DNA from: Halorarum halobium
GTDB lineage: Archaea > Halobacteriota > Halobacteria > Halobacteriales > Haloferacaceae
DNA length: 64,000 nt
Reading direction: 5' to 3'
Assembly: GCF_032116555.1 (NCBI RefSeq)
Contig: NZ_CP134949.1
Location: 434,001-498,000 of the forward strand
Part shown: piece by piece, positions 21,406 to 31,798 of the stretch
Layout of the letters: each line of letters opens with the position of its first letter
How positions within the stretch are numbered: the first letter of the stretch is position 1
Notes under the pieces: model-generated
The model's input: the letters and a program-made list of their open reading frames with translations, nothing else
Database searches by the model: none
Told to the model about the DNA's origin: nothing
Program-made: the position numbers and the translations under genes

Positions 21406-21501
21406 GACGACGGAGAGACGCTTCACCAAGGTGACGACGGAGAGACGCTTCACCAAGGTGACGACGGAGAGACGCTTCACCAAGGTGACGACGGAGAGAC
21501 G
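21406..21501. repeat. 27-bp perfect tandem repeat x3.5 (GACGACGGAGAGACGCTTCACCAAGGT)
   Basis: Read directly; lies between the aconitase gene and pyrC. Confidence 0.95.
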
Positions 21502-21588
21502 AGAGGACCGAACGAGCGGTCGGTCGACGAGGGGAGTAGTCGCGCGAACGAAGAACGGTCGGAAGTCGGCGAACGATCCGCGACCCGA

Positions 21589-23577
21589 CTAGTCGTCCGC
21601 GGGGGCCGCGCCGCTCGATCCCGTGTCGTGCTGTGCCTTCGTCCAGGACAGCTTGCCGCCGGCCGCGAGGATGTCGCGTTCGCGTTCGGAGGCGTCGAGC
21701 GTGGCGGTCGCCTCCCAGTCGTCGTTCACGCGGACCGTGAACTCCTCCTGGCCCGAGCGGACGCCCTCGCCGACGTCGTCGACGATCTCGATGTCGTCGC
21801 CCTGTTCGATGCGCTCGTAGGTGTCCTGGTCGATGCTGAGCGGGGCGAGTCCGAAGTTGAACAGGTTCGCCTTGTGGATGCGGGCGAACGACTGGGCGAG
21901 CACCGCCTCGACGCCGAGGTACATCGGGCACAGTGCCGCGTGTTCGCGCGAGGAGCCCTGGCCGTAGTTCTCGCCGGCGACGAGGAAGCCGCCGTCGGCG
22001 TCACGGGCGCGCTGGGCGAACGTGTCGTCGACGCGCGAGAGCGTGAACTCCGAGAGGCGTTCGATGTTCGAGCGGAACTTGAGGATGTCCGCGGTCGCCG
22101 GGATGATGTGGTCGGTCGTGATGTTGTCGACCATCTTCAGGAGCGCCTCGCCCTCGATGTCGGAGGCGAGCTCGTCCTTCAGGGGCACGTCGCCGATGTT
22201 CGGCCCCTTGATGAGGTCGTCGTCGACCGCCTCGTCCGGCCCGATGATGTCCGGGTCGGACTCGCCCATGCCCGGGCCGTAGGCGTCGCCCATCTCGAAG
22301 CCGGGCGCCTCGAGGTCGCCGAGCTCGTCGGCGAGGTCGCGCGGGTCGACGATCTCGCCGGCGATGGCCGCCGCGGTGGCGACCTCGGGCGAGCAGAGGT
22401 AGACCGCGTCGTCCTCGATGCCCGAGCGGCCCTCGAAGTTCCGGTTGAACGTGCGCAGCGAGACGGAGTCGGAGGCGGGGACGTGACCGATGCCGATGCA
22501 GGCGCCACAGGTCGCCTCGGAGAAGTTGACGCCGGCGGCCATCAGCTCGGCCGTCCAGCCCTCGCGGGCGAGCATCTCGGAGGCCTGCTTCGAGCCGGGC
22601 GCGATGATCATCTCGGTCTTCTTGGCGACCTCGCGGCCCTTCAGCATCTTCGCGCCGGGGAGGATGTCCTCGTAGGCGCCGTTCGTACAGGAGCCGATGA
22701 TGACCTGCTCGACGTCGGTGCCGGCGACCTCGCTCACGGGCACGACGTTGTCGGGCATCGACGGCGTCGCGATGAGCGGCTCCAGCGAGGAGAGGTCGAC
22801 CTCGATGGTCTCTGCGTACTCGGCGTCCTCGTCGGGCGCGAGGTCGACGTACTCCTCCTCGCGGTCCTGGAGCGCGAGCCACTCCTCCGTCTTCTCGTCG
22901 GTGGCGAAGATGGAGGAGGTCGCGCCGAGCTCCGTGCCGAGGTTCGTGATGGTCGTGCGCTCGGGGATGGTGAGCGACTCCGCGCCCTCGCCGGTGTACT
23001 CGAGCACCTTGCCGACGCCGCCCTTGACGGTCAGCTCGCCCAGCAGGTGGAGCGCGACGTCCTTCGCGGTCGCCCACTCGGGGAGTTCGCCGGTGAGTTC
23101 GACGTTGACGACCTCGGGCATCTCGACGTAGTAGGGCCCGCCGCCCATCGCCACGGCGATGTCGATGCCGCCGGCGCCGATGGCGAGCTGGCCGAGCCCG
23201 CCGGGCGTCGGCGTGTGCGAGTCGGAGCCGAGCAGGGTCTTGCCCGGCGCCGCGAAGTTCTCCTTGTGGACCTGGTGGCAGATGCCGTTGCCGGGGCGGG
23301 AGAAGTACGCGCCGAACGTGCCCGCGGCCGAACGGAGGAAGCGGTGGTCGTCGGTGTTCTTGAAGTCGAACTGGTACGTCTGGTGGTCGCAGTACTGTGC
23401 GGCCAGCTCAGTCTGGACCTCGTCGAGGTCCAGCGCCTCGAACTGGAGCCAGACCATCGTCCCGGTCGTGTCCTGGGTGAGCACCTGATCGATCTCGATG
23501 CCGATCTCCTCGCCGGGCGTCAGCTCGCCCTCGACGAGATGGTCATCGAGGATCTGCTCGGTAATCGTCTGTCCCAT
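21589..23577 (-). CDS. Aconitate hydratase
   Basis: QDTTG, GICHQ, GSDSHT, GSCTN, CGACIG, TFNRNF, ITTDHI and GQGSSREHA motifs. Confidence 0.95.
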   Translation of the reverse strand: MGQTITEQILDDHLVEGELTPGEEIGIEIDQVLTQDTTGTMVWLQFEALDLDEVQTELAAQYCDHQTYQFDFKNTDDHRFLRSAAGTFGAYFSRPGNGICHQVHKENFAAPGKTLLGSDSHTPTPGGLGQLAIGAGGIDIAVAMGGGPYYVEMPEVVNVELTGELPEWATAKDVALHLLGELTVKGGVGKVLEYTGEGAESLTIPERTTITNLGTELGATSSIFATDEKTEEWLALQDREEEYVDLAPDEDAEYAETIEVDLSSLEPLIATPSMPDNVVPVSEVAGTDVEQVIIGSCTNGAYEDILPGAKMLKGREVAKKTEMIIAPGSKQASEMLAREGWTAELMAAGVNFSEATCGACIGIGHVPASDSVSLRTFNRNFEGRSGIEDDAVYLCSPEVATAAAIAGEIVDPRDLADELGDLEAPGFEMGDAYGPGMGESDPDIIGPDEAVDDDLIKGPNIGDVPLKDELASDIEGEALLKMVDNITTDHIIPATADILKFRSNIERLSEFTLSRVDDTFAQRARDADGGFLVAGENYGQGSSREHAALCPMYLGVEAVLAQSFARIHKANLFNFGLAPLSIDQDTYERIEQGDDIEIVDDVGEGVRSGQEEFTVRVNDDWEATATLDASERERDILAAGGKLSWTKAQHDTGSSGAAPADD

Positions 23578-23745
23578 ATCGGCCGAATATCGACTTCGCT
23601 CGGATATAAATCCGGCGAGTTATGACCCCGACAATCGTGAAGAATCGCCGGGTGCGGCGATTCTTGCGGCGAATTTTGTGTTCACGCGCCTCCGAGTGGA
23701 CGGCCGACCAGCGCGCTTTTAGCCCCTCTCGGGCCACGCACACGC

Positions 23746-24207
23746 ATGTTCGAATCCGGCGCGTTCGTCGCCGCCCGGCTGGAGCCCGTCACCGGCGAAC
23801 AGGTGCAGCCGAACGGCGTCGACCTCACCCTCGATGGCGTCCACGCCCAGACCGCTCCCGGCCGAGTCTCCACCGACGGGAAGCGCGTGGGCGAGCGGAA
23901 GGAACTCGCCCCGGAGGACGGCTGCTACCGGCTCGACCGTGGCGGCTACGTCGTCGAGTACGGCGAGCGCATCGCCGTTCCCGAGGATCACGTCGGCTTC
24001 GTCTACCCGCGCTCGACGCTGCTGCGCAACTCCTGCATGCTGAACACCGCCGTCTGGGACGCCGGGTACGAGGGCCGCGGCGAGGGCCTCCTGCAGGTCC
24101 ACCATCCGATCGAACTCGAACCGGGCGCTCGCATCGCCCAGTTCGTGCTCGCCGAGGCCGACCACGACGGCGAGTACGACGGCGACTACCAGGGCGAACG
24201 GCTCTGA
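23746..24207 (+). CDS. dUTPase / dCTP deaminase family protein
   Basis: QPNGVDL, PRSTLLR, WDAGYEG and RIAQ motifs. Confidence 0.88.
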   Translation: MFESGAFVAARLEPVTGEQVQPNGVDLTLDGVHAQTAPGRVSTDGKRVGERKELAPEDGCYRLDRGGYVVEYGERIAVPEDHVGFVYPRSTLLRNSCMLNTAVWDAGYEGRGEGLLQVHHPIELEPGARIAQFVLAEADHDGEYDGDYQGERL

Positions 24208-24345
24208 CCGGGCCGGCCGACCACTTCCCTCCGAACGCGACTCGACGTGACCGGTTCATGTCTTTCAACTAACGTGTATGTCTGACGAAAGATTGTTATC
24301 ACGTGGTTCGCTATCCGGCACCAACACGTCCCCGAGGGAGCGTTC

Positions 24346-26148
24346 ATGTCACAGGGAAGATTGGAACTCCACCGCCGCGCCTTCCGCGAGACGGCGAACC
24401 CGACGCTCATCGCGGACACGGGGTTCATCATCACCGACGCCAACGACGCCCTGCTGGAGCTGACGGGCTACGAGCGCGAGGAGCTCGTCGGCTCGACCCC
24501 GCTGATGCTCATCGACGACGACGGGGTGTACGAGGACGTCATCGACGCGCTCTCGAAGGGGGAGCCGTGGGTCGGCGACTTCGAGTCGACCACGAAGGAC
24601 GGCCGACTCGTCTACGGGAAGGGCTCGGCCGCGCCGCTCGTCGTCGACGGCGAGACGCGGGGCTACGTTGCGGTGTTCACCGACATGACGCGCCACCGGC
24701 GCTACGAGGAGTCGCTCCGCATCCTCAACCGGGTGCTCCGACACAACCTCCGCAACGACGCGAACGTCGTGCTCGGCCACGTCGAGCGCGTCGCGGACGC
24801 CGTCTCGGACCCGGAACTGACCGAGTCGCTCGAAACGGCGGTCGACCGCGTCGAGGACATGCTCGGCCGCGCGCGGACGACGCGGCGCTTCGGCGGCATC
24901 CTCACCGGCGGCGACTCGGAGTCGCTCGCGCCCGTCGACCTCGCCACCGCGGTCGGAGAGGCGCTCGAGGACGCGCCGACCCAGGAGGTCGTCGTCTCGC
25001 TCTCGGGCACCGCGGCCCCCGTCGAGGTGCTCGCGGACGACATGCTCGCCCCCGCGTTGCGCGCGGTCATCGAGAACGCGGTCGAACACAATGACAAGGA
25101 GGTGCCCAGAATCGACATCAGCGTCGACGAGCGCGAGGAGGCGGTCGTCCTCTCGATCGCCGACAACGGTCCGGGCATCGAGCCGCGCCACCACGACCAG
25201 GTGCTCGGCCGCGACGAGCGCACCCAGGTCCAGCACGGCGAGGGGCTGAGCCTCTTTTTCGTCGACCGGCTGATGGAGATGTACGGCGGGACGGTCGACG
25301 TCGGCGCGAACGACCCCGAGGGGACGGTGTTCGACCTCCGCTTCCGCCGCCCGGGGTCCCGGGAACCGGTGCAGGGCGACGCCGACCGCTGGAACGCCAC
25401 GCCGGACGAGCAGGCAGGAAACGGGTCCACCGCGGGCGAAACGACCGGCTCCGCCGCCCCGACGCTGACGGGCGAGGCGGGCGTCGACGAGGTGGCGACC
25501 GACCCGATCACGGAGTGGCCGTCCGGCTCGCGGACCGAGGACTCGGTCCCCCTCGAGGCGTCGGAACCGGGGTCGGAGGACCCCGCAGTCGGGGAGTCGA
25601 CACCAGCCGTCGAGCCGGCATCGGTCGACGCCGGAAACGCGTCCCCGGACGCCTCGGACCCGACCCAGGCATCCAACGTGGACGAGGACCCCCGGGCCGA
25701 CGACCCCCGGGCCGACGACGCCCGCGACGCCGACCGCGCGGCGGCCCTCGCGGCCGCGGCGGCGGGCGAGTCGGTCACGGCCGAGCGCCTGTCGGGAACT
25801 GCTCGCCGACTGCCCGACTCGCTCCGGGTCCTCGGTGAGTACGAGCAGCCCCACCACCTCCTGCGGCTCCGCCGGAGCGGCGGGCTCAGGCAGGACGGCG
25901 ACCTGCTGCTCCGGGGCGACGCGGCGGCGCTTCTCACCGACGACTCGGTCCGGGTCGTCGCCGACGGCTCCGACGGGGGCGAGTGGACCCTGCCGTACGG
26001 GTCGCTGACGGGCGTCGGTCACAGCGGGGACGTGCTCGTGCTCCAGGCCGAACGCGCCCGGATCGAACTGGCGCTCCCCCGGGGCGACGGCGAACCGACG
26101 GTCGTCGACGCGGCCGTGGCGTTCCTGCGGCGCGAACTGACGCGCTGA
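24346..26148 (+). CDS. PAS-domain sensor histidine kinase with long C-terminal extension
   Basis: PAS domain, RVLRHNLRN H-box, ENAVEH, ADNGPGI, GEGLSL, then an acidic linker and an extra domain. Confidence 0.88.
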   Translation: MSQGRLELHRRAFRETANPTLIADTGFIITDANDALLELTGYEREELVGSTPLMLIDDDGVYEDVIDALSKGEPWVGDFESTTKDGRLVYGKGSAAPLVVDGETRGYVAVFTDMTRHRRYEESLRILNRVLRHNLRNDANVVLGHVERVADAVSDPELTESLETAVDRVEDMLGRARTTRRFGGILTGGDSESLAPVDLATAVGEALEDAPTQEVVVSLSGTAAPVEVLADDMLAPALRAVIENAVEHNDKEVPRIDISVDEREEAVVLSIADNGPGIEPRHHDQVLGRDERTQVQHGEGLSLFFVDRLMEMYGGTVDVGANDPEGTVFDLRFRRPGSREPVQGDADRWNATPDEQAGNGSTAGETTGSAAPTLTGEAGVDEVATDPITEWPSGSRTEDSVPLEASEPGSEDPAVGESTPAVEPASVDAGNASPDASDPTQASNVDEDPRADDPRADDARDADRAAALAAAAAGESVTAERLSGTARRLPDSLRVLGEYEQPHHLLRLRRSGGLRQDGDLLLRGDAAALLTDDSVRVVADGSDGGEWTLPYGSLTGVGHSGDVLVLQAERARIELALPRGDGEPTVVDAAVAFLRRELTR

Positions 26149-26174
26149 ACGACGGGCGACGATTCCGGACTTGC

Positions 26175-26455
26175 GGGTGGCGGTCGGCGGTCACGCGAGC
26201 GGAGTCGTTCGAAAGGCGCTTCGCGCCTTTCGTGATGACGAGGGAGCTTCGCTCCCTCGAACCACGAGGGTGACGTCACGGGACCGGAGGTCCCGGGTAA
26301 CGCGTGACTCGAACCCCCTCGTGGGGTGAGCAGCCGCGCGCGAGGGGTGAGAAGCGCAGCGAGCCTGCGAGCGAGCATCGCAAGCGGCTGCTCACGCGAG
26401 CGGAGCGAGGGTGAGTTCCGAGGAGCTCGCTCCGAGGTAAGGGAGGGCGAGGCCG
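26175..26455 (+). repeat. Modular palindromic intergenic element with two 51-bp-type cassettes, one holding a 60-bp insert
   Basis: Inverted homology to 14698-14875 and 2950-3104. Confidence 0.85.
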
Positions 26456-26695
26456 AAATCACCGCCAGGGGTAGTGATCTGCTGCCCGGTAACTGAATTT
26501 GTGACGTTGCCCGGACTACCTCCGTTCTATCGAGGATCGAGTTCAACGGGGAAGGAGAGATGGGAGGGATTCGAACCACGCCGAGACGGTCGCCTCGCTG
26601 TCGCTCGGCGCTGCGTCTCGTCTCCGTCGAATCCCTCCCAGCCCGTTTTCGGCGACGCGGCTCCTCGCTTCGCTCGTCCGTGGTGCCCCGAAAAA

Positions 26696-26769
26696 CGGGC
26701 TGGGAGGGATTCGAACCCCCGACCGTCCGGTTAAAAGCCGGACGCTCTCCCTAACTGAGCTACCAGCCC
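26696..26769 (-). tRNA. tRNA-Lys(UUU)
   Basis: GGGCTGG...TCCGG-CTTTTAA-CCGGA...GGGGGTTCGAATCCCTCCCAGCCCG cloverleaf. Confidence 0.95.
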
Positions 26770-26833
26770 TCGCCCGGACTTGCCGGCGTGCCCGCATAAG
26801 CGTTTACGATACAGCCGCCACCCGAATCCACCA

Positions 26834-28288
26834 TCAGATTCCCGAGGGGGCGACGTCGTACACGTCACGGAACGCGCCCTGCACGACCTCCGAGAGCGCC
26901 GGGTGGACGTGGATGGTCTCGGCGATTCGCTCGGCGTCGCCGCCGGCCGCGACCGCGGTGCTCACCTCGTGGACGAGCATCGAGGCGTGCGGGCCGACGA
27001 CGTGAAAGCCCAGCACCTCGGCGTCGGGCCCCACGAGCGCCTTCGCGTAGCCGGCGTCCGACTCCAGCGCGACGCCCAGCGCCGTCTCGTCGTAGGTGAA
27101 CTCGCCGACGTCGTACTCGCGGCCGGCTTCCTCGAGTTCCGATTCGGTCCGCCCGAGGCTCCCGACCTCCGGGGAGCCGAAGACGGCGTGGGCCATCCCG
27201 GGGTACTCGACGGCTCGACGGTTCCCGCGGATCGCGTTCTCGACGACGTACTCGGCCTCCGTGTCGCCCGAGTGCTTGAACATGTAGTTGCCCGCGATGT
27301 CGCCGATGGCCCAGACGCCGTCGACCGACGTTTCGAGGTACTCGTTCGTCTCCACGAACCCCGTCTCGTCCGTCTCGATGCCCGCGGCGTCGACGTTCCA
27401 GGCGTCGGAGTTCGGCCGCCGGCCGGTCGCCAGGAGCACCTCGTCGCCCCGGACCGTCAGCGCCTCGCCCTCGTCGGATTCGGCGGCCACGACGACCTCG
27501 CCGTCCGCCTCCGCGAGCGCGGTCGCACTGTGCCCGAGGTAGAGGTCGTGCCGGTCCGCGTACACCTCGGTCAGGCGCTCGGCGATGTCGCGGTCCTCGC
27601 GGTCCACCAGCACGTCGCCGTGGCCGACGACGACCACCTCCGACCCCATCTGGCCGAAGAAGTGGGCCAGTTCGACGGCGATGTAGCCGCCGCCGACGAT
27701 GACGAGGCGCTCCGGGAGCGACCCCAGCCTGAGCGCCTCGTCGCTCGTCAGGAACGCCACGTCGTCCGTCCCGTCGATGGAGTCGGGGACCAGCGGCCGC
27801 GACCCGCCCGCGAGCACGACCGTCTCGCCGGTGATCCGTCGCCCGCCGGGCCCGTCACCGCCGTCGTCGCCGTCGGCTCCACTTCCACCGTCGGACCCAC
27901 CCCCAGCGCCGCCGGCGTCGAGTTCGACGGTCCGCTCGTCCACGAACCGGCCGGTCGTCCGGAAGAACGTGACGTGCTCGTTCGCCCGCGCCTCCGCGGC
28001 CTTCGACTCGGCCTCCTCGGTGATGACGTCGGTCACCTGCTCGACGATCTCCTCGAACGCGACGTCGTGTAGCGTCGCGTCGACGCCGAACGCGTCGGCC
28101 CCGCGGACCGTCTCCACGACGTTCGCGTGGTGGATGAGCTTCTTCGATGGGTTACAGCCCCGGTTGAGACAGGTCCCGCCCAGCCCGTCCCGTTCGACGA
28201 TGGCGACGTCGAGGCCGGCGTCCGCCCCGGCCGCGGCGACGAGGTTTCCGGTGCCGCCGCCGAGCACGACGAGGTCGAAGTCGGTCAT
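26834..28288 (-). CDS. Pyridine nucleotide-disulfide oxidoreductase (dihydrolipoamide dehydrogenase / mycothione reductase-like)
   Basis: GGGTG, GGTCLNRGCNPSK, GGGYIAVE and HVHPALSE motifs. Confidence 0.9.
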   Translation of the reverse strand: MTDFDLVVLGGGTGNLVAAAGADAGLDVAIVERDGLGGTCLNRGCNPSKKLIHHANVVETVRGADAFGVDATLHDVAFEEIVEQVTDVITEEAESKAAEARANEHVTFFRTTGRFVDERTVELDAGGAGGGSDGGSGADGDDGGDGPGGRRITGETVVLAGGSRPLVPDSIDGTDDVAFLTSDEALRLGSLPERLVIVGGGYIAVELAHFFGQMGSEVVVVGHGDVLVDREDRDIAERLTEVYADRHDLYLGHSATALAEADGEVVVAAESDEGEALTVRGDEVLLATGRRPNSDAWNVDAAGIETDETGFVETNEYLETSVDGVWAIGDIAGNYMFKHSGDTEAEYVVENAIRGNRRAVEYPGMAHAVFGSPEVGSLGRTESELEEAGREYDVGEFTYDETALGVALESDAGYAKALVGPDAEVLGFHVVGPHASMLVHEVSTAVAAGGDAERIAETIHVHPALSEVVQGAFRDVYDVAPSGI

Positions 28289-28312
28289 GGGTGGAGGGAC
28301 GTGGCCCGCGAC

Positions 28313-28651
28313 CTAAGGCCTGATGTAGGCGTACCCCTCGCTCTGGAGCAGCGTGAGTTCCGTGACGCCCGAGTCGACGACGTCGACGCCGTCCACGAGG
28401 TCCTCGCGGGTCAGGTCCCGCAGTTCGAGCGTGTTCCCGCAGGCGACGAATGCGATGCCTTTCTCTTGGAGCGACCGCACGCGGTCCTCGTGTGACCCGT
28501 CGGCCGTGAGCGGCGTGATGCCGTCGGCCTGTGCCAGCACGACGACGTCGTCCATCTCGACGTCCTCGTCGTCGGCGAGGTTCTCGGCCAGCGTGAGCGT
28601 CGTGTCCTGCCCCCCGGGGTCGCCGGTGATGAGGTGAAAGACGGTTTGCAT
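28313..28651 (-). CDS. DsrE-family protein
   Basis: FVACGNTL, VDSGVTELTLLQSEGYAYIRP. Confidence 0.85.
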   Translation of the reverse strand: MQTVFHLITGDPGGQDTTLTLAENLADDEDVEMDDVVVLAQADGITPLTADGSHEDRVRSLQEKGIAFVACGNTLELRDLTREDLVDGVDVVDSGVTELTLLQSEGYAYIRP

Positions 28652-28859
28652 CCACCCGAAGGCCGCTCCGGACGTGGGTAGTCGCTCGGCCTGCAACGGC
28701 AGGCCGCGCCCGCCGGTGTGACCGCCGCCGCCCTCGCTCTCCCGCTCACACTCACCCGGTCACCCGCTCACACGCTCGCTCGGTCTCCTGCCCGTCCGTT
28801 CGCCCCTTCTCCCGGCCGGGAGGCCAACGCTTACGCCACCCCTCCACGACGCCTCCCAC

Positions 28860-30152
28860 GTGACCGACCTCGACCTCCGCGCCGTCGCCGAGCGACTCTG
28901 CCGGTTCGACACGACCGGCGGGCGGGAAGCCCCCGCGGCGGCCTGGTTCCGCGACCGCATGGCCGACGCAGGCATGGAGACGTACGAGTGGGAGGCCGAT
29001 CCCGCGACGCTGGCCGAGCATCCGTCGTTCCCGGACGACCCCGCCGAGATCGACGCCGAGGGGCGGCCGAGCGTCGCGGGCGTCCTCGAGTTCGGCGACC
29101 CCGACGCCGGCCCGACGCTGGTGTTGAACGGGCACCTCGACGTCGTGCCCGCCGACGCCGACCTCTGGGACTCGGACCCGTTCGAACCGGTCTGGGACGC
29201 CGCGAGTGGGGGAAGCGACGAGGGGGTCGCGGGCGACGGCGGGACGGAGACGCTCACCGCCCGCGGGGCGGCCGACATGAAGGCCGGCCTCGCGGCGTGT
29301 CTGTTCGCCGCGCTCGACCTCCGCGAGCGCGACCCGGCCGTCGACGGCCGGGTCGTCGTCGAGGCCGTCGCCGGCGAGGAGGAGGGCGGCGTCGGCGCGG
29401 CCGCCGCCGCGCTGTCGAACCCGTACCCGTTCGACCGGGACGCGGCGATCATCGCCGAACCGACCGAACTCCGCCCCGTCACGGCGACGGAGGGCTGCGT
29501 GATGAAGCGACTCCGGCTCCACGGCCGGTCGGCCCACGCCGCGACGCGCTGGCGCGGCGTCGACACGCTCCCGAAGTTCGAGACGGTTCGACGGGCGTTC
29601 GAGCAACTCGAAGCCGAGCGGACCGAGCGCGTCACCCACCCGCTGTACGACCACCCGGTCCCGTGGCCGGTCGTCTGCGGGCGCGTCGCGGCGGGGTCGT
29701 GGTCCTCGACGGTTCCCGGCACGCTCACCGCCGAGTGGCGGCTCGGCGTCGCGCCCGGCGAGACGGTCGACGAGGTGGAGGCCGAGTACGAGGAGCGACT
29801 CGCCGAGGTCGTCGCGGGCGACGACTGGCTCGCCGAGCATCCGCCTGAGTTCGAGCGCTTCTCCGTGCAGTTCGAACCCGCCGAGGTCGCCGCAGACGAG
29901 CCGGTCGTTCGATCCCTGCAGGCGGCGATGCGGGACGCGGGGCTCGACGGCACGGAGCCGAGGGGTGCAACCTACGGCGCGGACTCGCGCCACTACGTCG
30001 CCGCCGGCGTCCCGACGGTCGTGTTCGGCCCGGGGAGCATCGACCAGGCGCACTTCCCGGACGAGACGATCCGCTGGCCGGAGGTCGAGCGGGCCAGAGA
30101 CGTGTTCTCGGCGACCGCCGAGTCGTTCCTCGCCGGCGAGAACGCGGGCTGA
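28860..30152 (+). CDS. M20-family peptidase/deacylase (ArgE/DapE-like)
   Basis: LNGHLDVV, RGAADMKAG, GEEEGG, AEPT and QAHFPDE motifs. Confidence 0.9.
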   Translation: MTDLDLRAVAERLCRFDTTGGREAPAAAWFRDRMADAGMETYEWEADPATLAEHPSFPDDPAEIDAEGRPSVAGVLEFGDPDAGPTLVLNGHLDVVPADADLWDSDPFEPVWDAASGGSDEGVAGDGGTETLTARGAADMKAGLAACLFAALDLRERDPAVDGRVVVEAVAGEEEGGVGAAAAALSNPYPFDRDAAIIAEPTELRPVTATEGCVMKRLRLHGRSAHAATRWRGVDTLPKFETVRRAFEQLEAERTERVTHPLYDHPVPWPVVCGRVAAGSWSSTVPGTLTAEWRLGVAPGETVDEVEAEYEERLAEVVAGDDWLAEHPPEFERFSVQFEPAEVAADEPVVRSLQAAMRDAGLDGTEPRGATYGADSRHYVAAGVPTVVFGPGSIDQAHFPDETIRWPEVERARDVFSATAESFLAGENAG

Positions 30153-30168
30153 GTCCGCGGAAAATCGC

Positions 30169-30834
30169 CTACTCGGGCCGGTACGCGTCGAGCGCCTCGG
30201 CGAGCACGTCGCCGGGGTCGCGGTTCTCCAGCGAGGCCCGCACCCGGAGGCGGCGGTACGCCTCGAACGGCAGGTCGACCTCGATCCGGCCGAGCGGAAC
30301 GCCCAGCTCTCGCAACGCGGTCTCGGCGGCCGTGCCGTCGTTCACCCGGGAGGCGAGCGTCCTGATCTCCCTGACCGTGAGGTCGGCGTCCAGCGCCGCC
30401 CAGGCGAGCGCGAAGCGGGCCTCGCCCGGGGTCCGGGCGATGTGTTTGGCCGCGGTCGGGGCCAACTCGCCGCGGGCGACGTGTCGCCGGATCGCCTGCG
30501 GGAGGTCGTGGACGCGGGCCCACTTCCGGATGAACGACACCGGCACCTCGTCGTCGCCGTCGCTGGCGCGCTTTGCCGCCGACTTGTACGAGCCGGTCCC
30601 GCGCACGAGCGCGGCGCAGGCGGCCGCCCCGCGGAGCATCACGACGTTGTCCTCGTCGCCGACCTCGTCCGTCGAAAAGCGCGTCACCGTCGCGGCCGCC
30701 TCCGCGAGGCTCGCCTCGTCCTCGGGATCGAACCCGACGGCGGCGTCGGCCCGCTCGCCCGTGACCGCGGGGTCGCCGCGCACGACGGGGTCGCCGACGG
30801 CCGCCTCACGGTCCGCCGGTGGCTCGCGGGTCAT
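30169..30834 (-). CDS. Hypothetical protein, possible ParB-like HTH
   Basis: Codon-biased ORF with FIRKWARVHDLP...LTVREIR. Confidence 0.7.
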   Translation of the reverse strand: MTREPPADREAAVGDPVVRGDPAVTGERADAAVGFDPEDEASLAEAAATVTRFSTDEVGDEDNVVMLRGAAACAALVRGTGSYKSAAKRASDGDDEVPVSFIRKWARVHDLPQAIRRHVARGELAPTAAKHIARTPGEARFALAWAALDADLTVREIRTLASRVNDGTAAETALRELGVPLGRIEVDLPFEAYRRLRVRASLENRDPGDVLAEALDAYRPE

Positions 30835-30991
30835 ACCGACACGTCGGCCGGATTCGGTAAAAGGCTCGCGGGGGTGGCCGTACTCGCCGCACGACCCACG
30901 GCGCCCCAAGACGCCTCCCGCCCGGCCACCCACGTCGGTTCCGTCCGCTATCGACGCCGCTAACAGCCACGCCCGCGGACTCCCGACAGGA

Positions 30992-31624
30992 ATGCTCCGG
31001 TACGTCACGACGAACGAGGGGAAGGTCCGCGAGGCGCGCGAGTACCTCGGCGACGACGTCGCCCAGCTCGAGTTCGACTACACCGAGGTCCAGGCGGACG
31101 ACCTCGGCCCCATCGCCGCCCACGGTGCCCGCGAGGCGTACCGCCACGCCGGGGAGCCGGTGCTCGTCGACGACGCCGGCCTGTTCGTCGACGGCTTCGA
31201 CGGCTTCCCCGGCCCGTACTCCGCGTTCGTCGAACACACGCTCGGCGTCGACACCGTTCAGCGACTCGTCGCACGCGAACTCGACGACGAGCGACGCGCC
31301 GCCTTCCGCTGCGTCCTGGCCTACTGCGACGGCGAGGAGTTCGACGCCAGCCCGGACGCCGTCGACCGTGAGGACCGCGTCGCCGCCGCGGCCACCGGCG
31401 CCGAACGCGGCGAGCAGGAGGAGCGCGCGCTCCCGGTCAAACTGTTCGCCGGCACGGTCCGGGGCCGGATCGTCGACCCGCGCGGCGACGGCGGGTTCGG
31501 CTACGACCCGATCTTCGAACACGACGGGAAGACGCTCGCCGAGATGGACGCCGCCGAGAAGAACGCCGTCTCCCACCGGGGGAGGGCGCTCGGGAAGTTC
31601 GCGGAGTGGGTTCAGGGGCGCTAG
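30992..31624 (+). CDS. rdgB: Non-canonical purine NTP pyrophosphatase (RdgB/HAM1)
   Basis: TTNEGKVRE, DDAGL, FPGPYS, GFGYDPIF and KNAVSHRG motifs. Confidence 0.93.
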   Translation: MLRYVTTNEGKVREAREYLGDDVAQLEFDYTEVQADDLGPIAAHGAREAYRHAGEPVLVDDAGLFVDGFDGFPGPYSAFVEHTLGVDTVQRLVARELDDERRAAFRCVLAYCDGEEFDASPDAVDREDRVAAAATGAERGEQEERALPVKLFAGTVRGRIVDPRGDGGFGYDPIFEHDGKTLAEMDAAEKNAVSHRGRALGKFAEWVQGR

Positions 31625-31798
31625 CGACGCGTGTGTCCTTCCCCGAACGCCATCATCCGGCCTCGATACCCCGCGTTCGGGAGCGAACGTTCGTATCGGA
31701 AGCCGGGACCAGCGCCCCCGTGACCTGACGACGACCCCGCGTCGGCCGGGACGGGTGTGGGGCGCACCGACGCGGGACACGAACGCGCCGCCTGTCAG

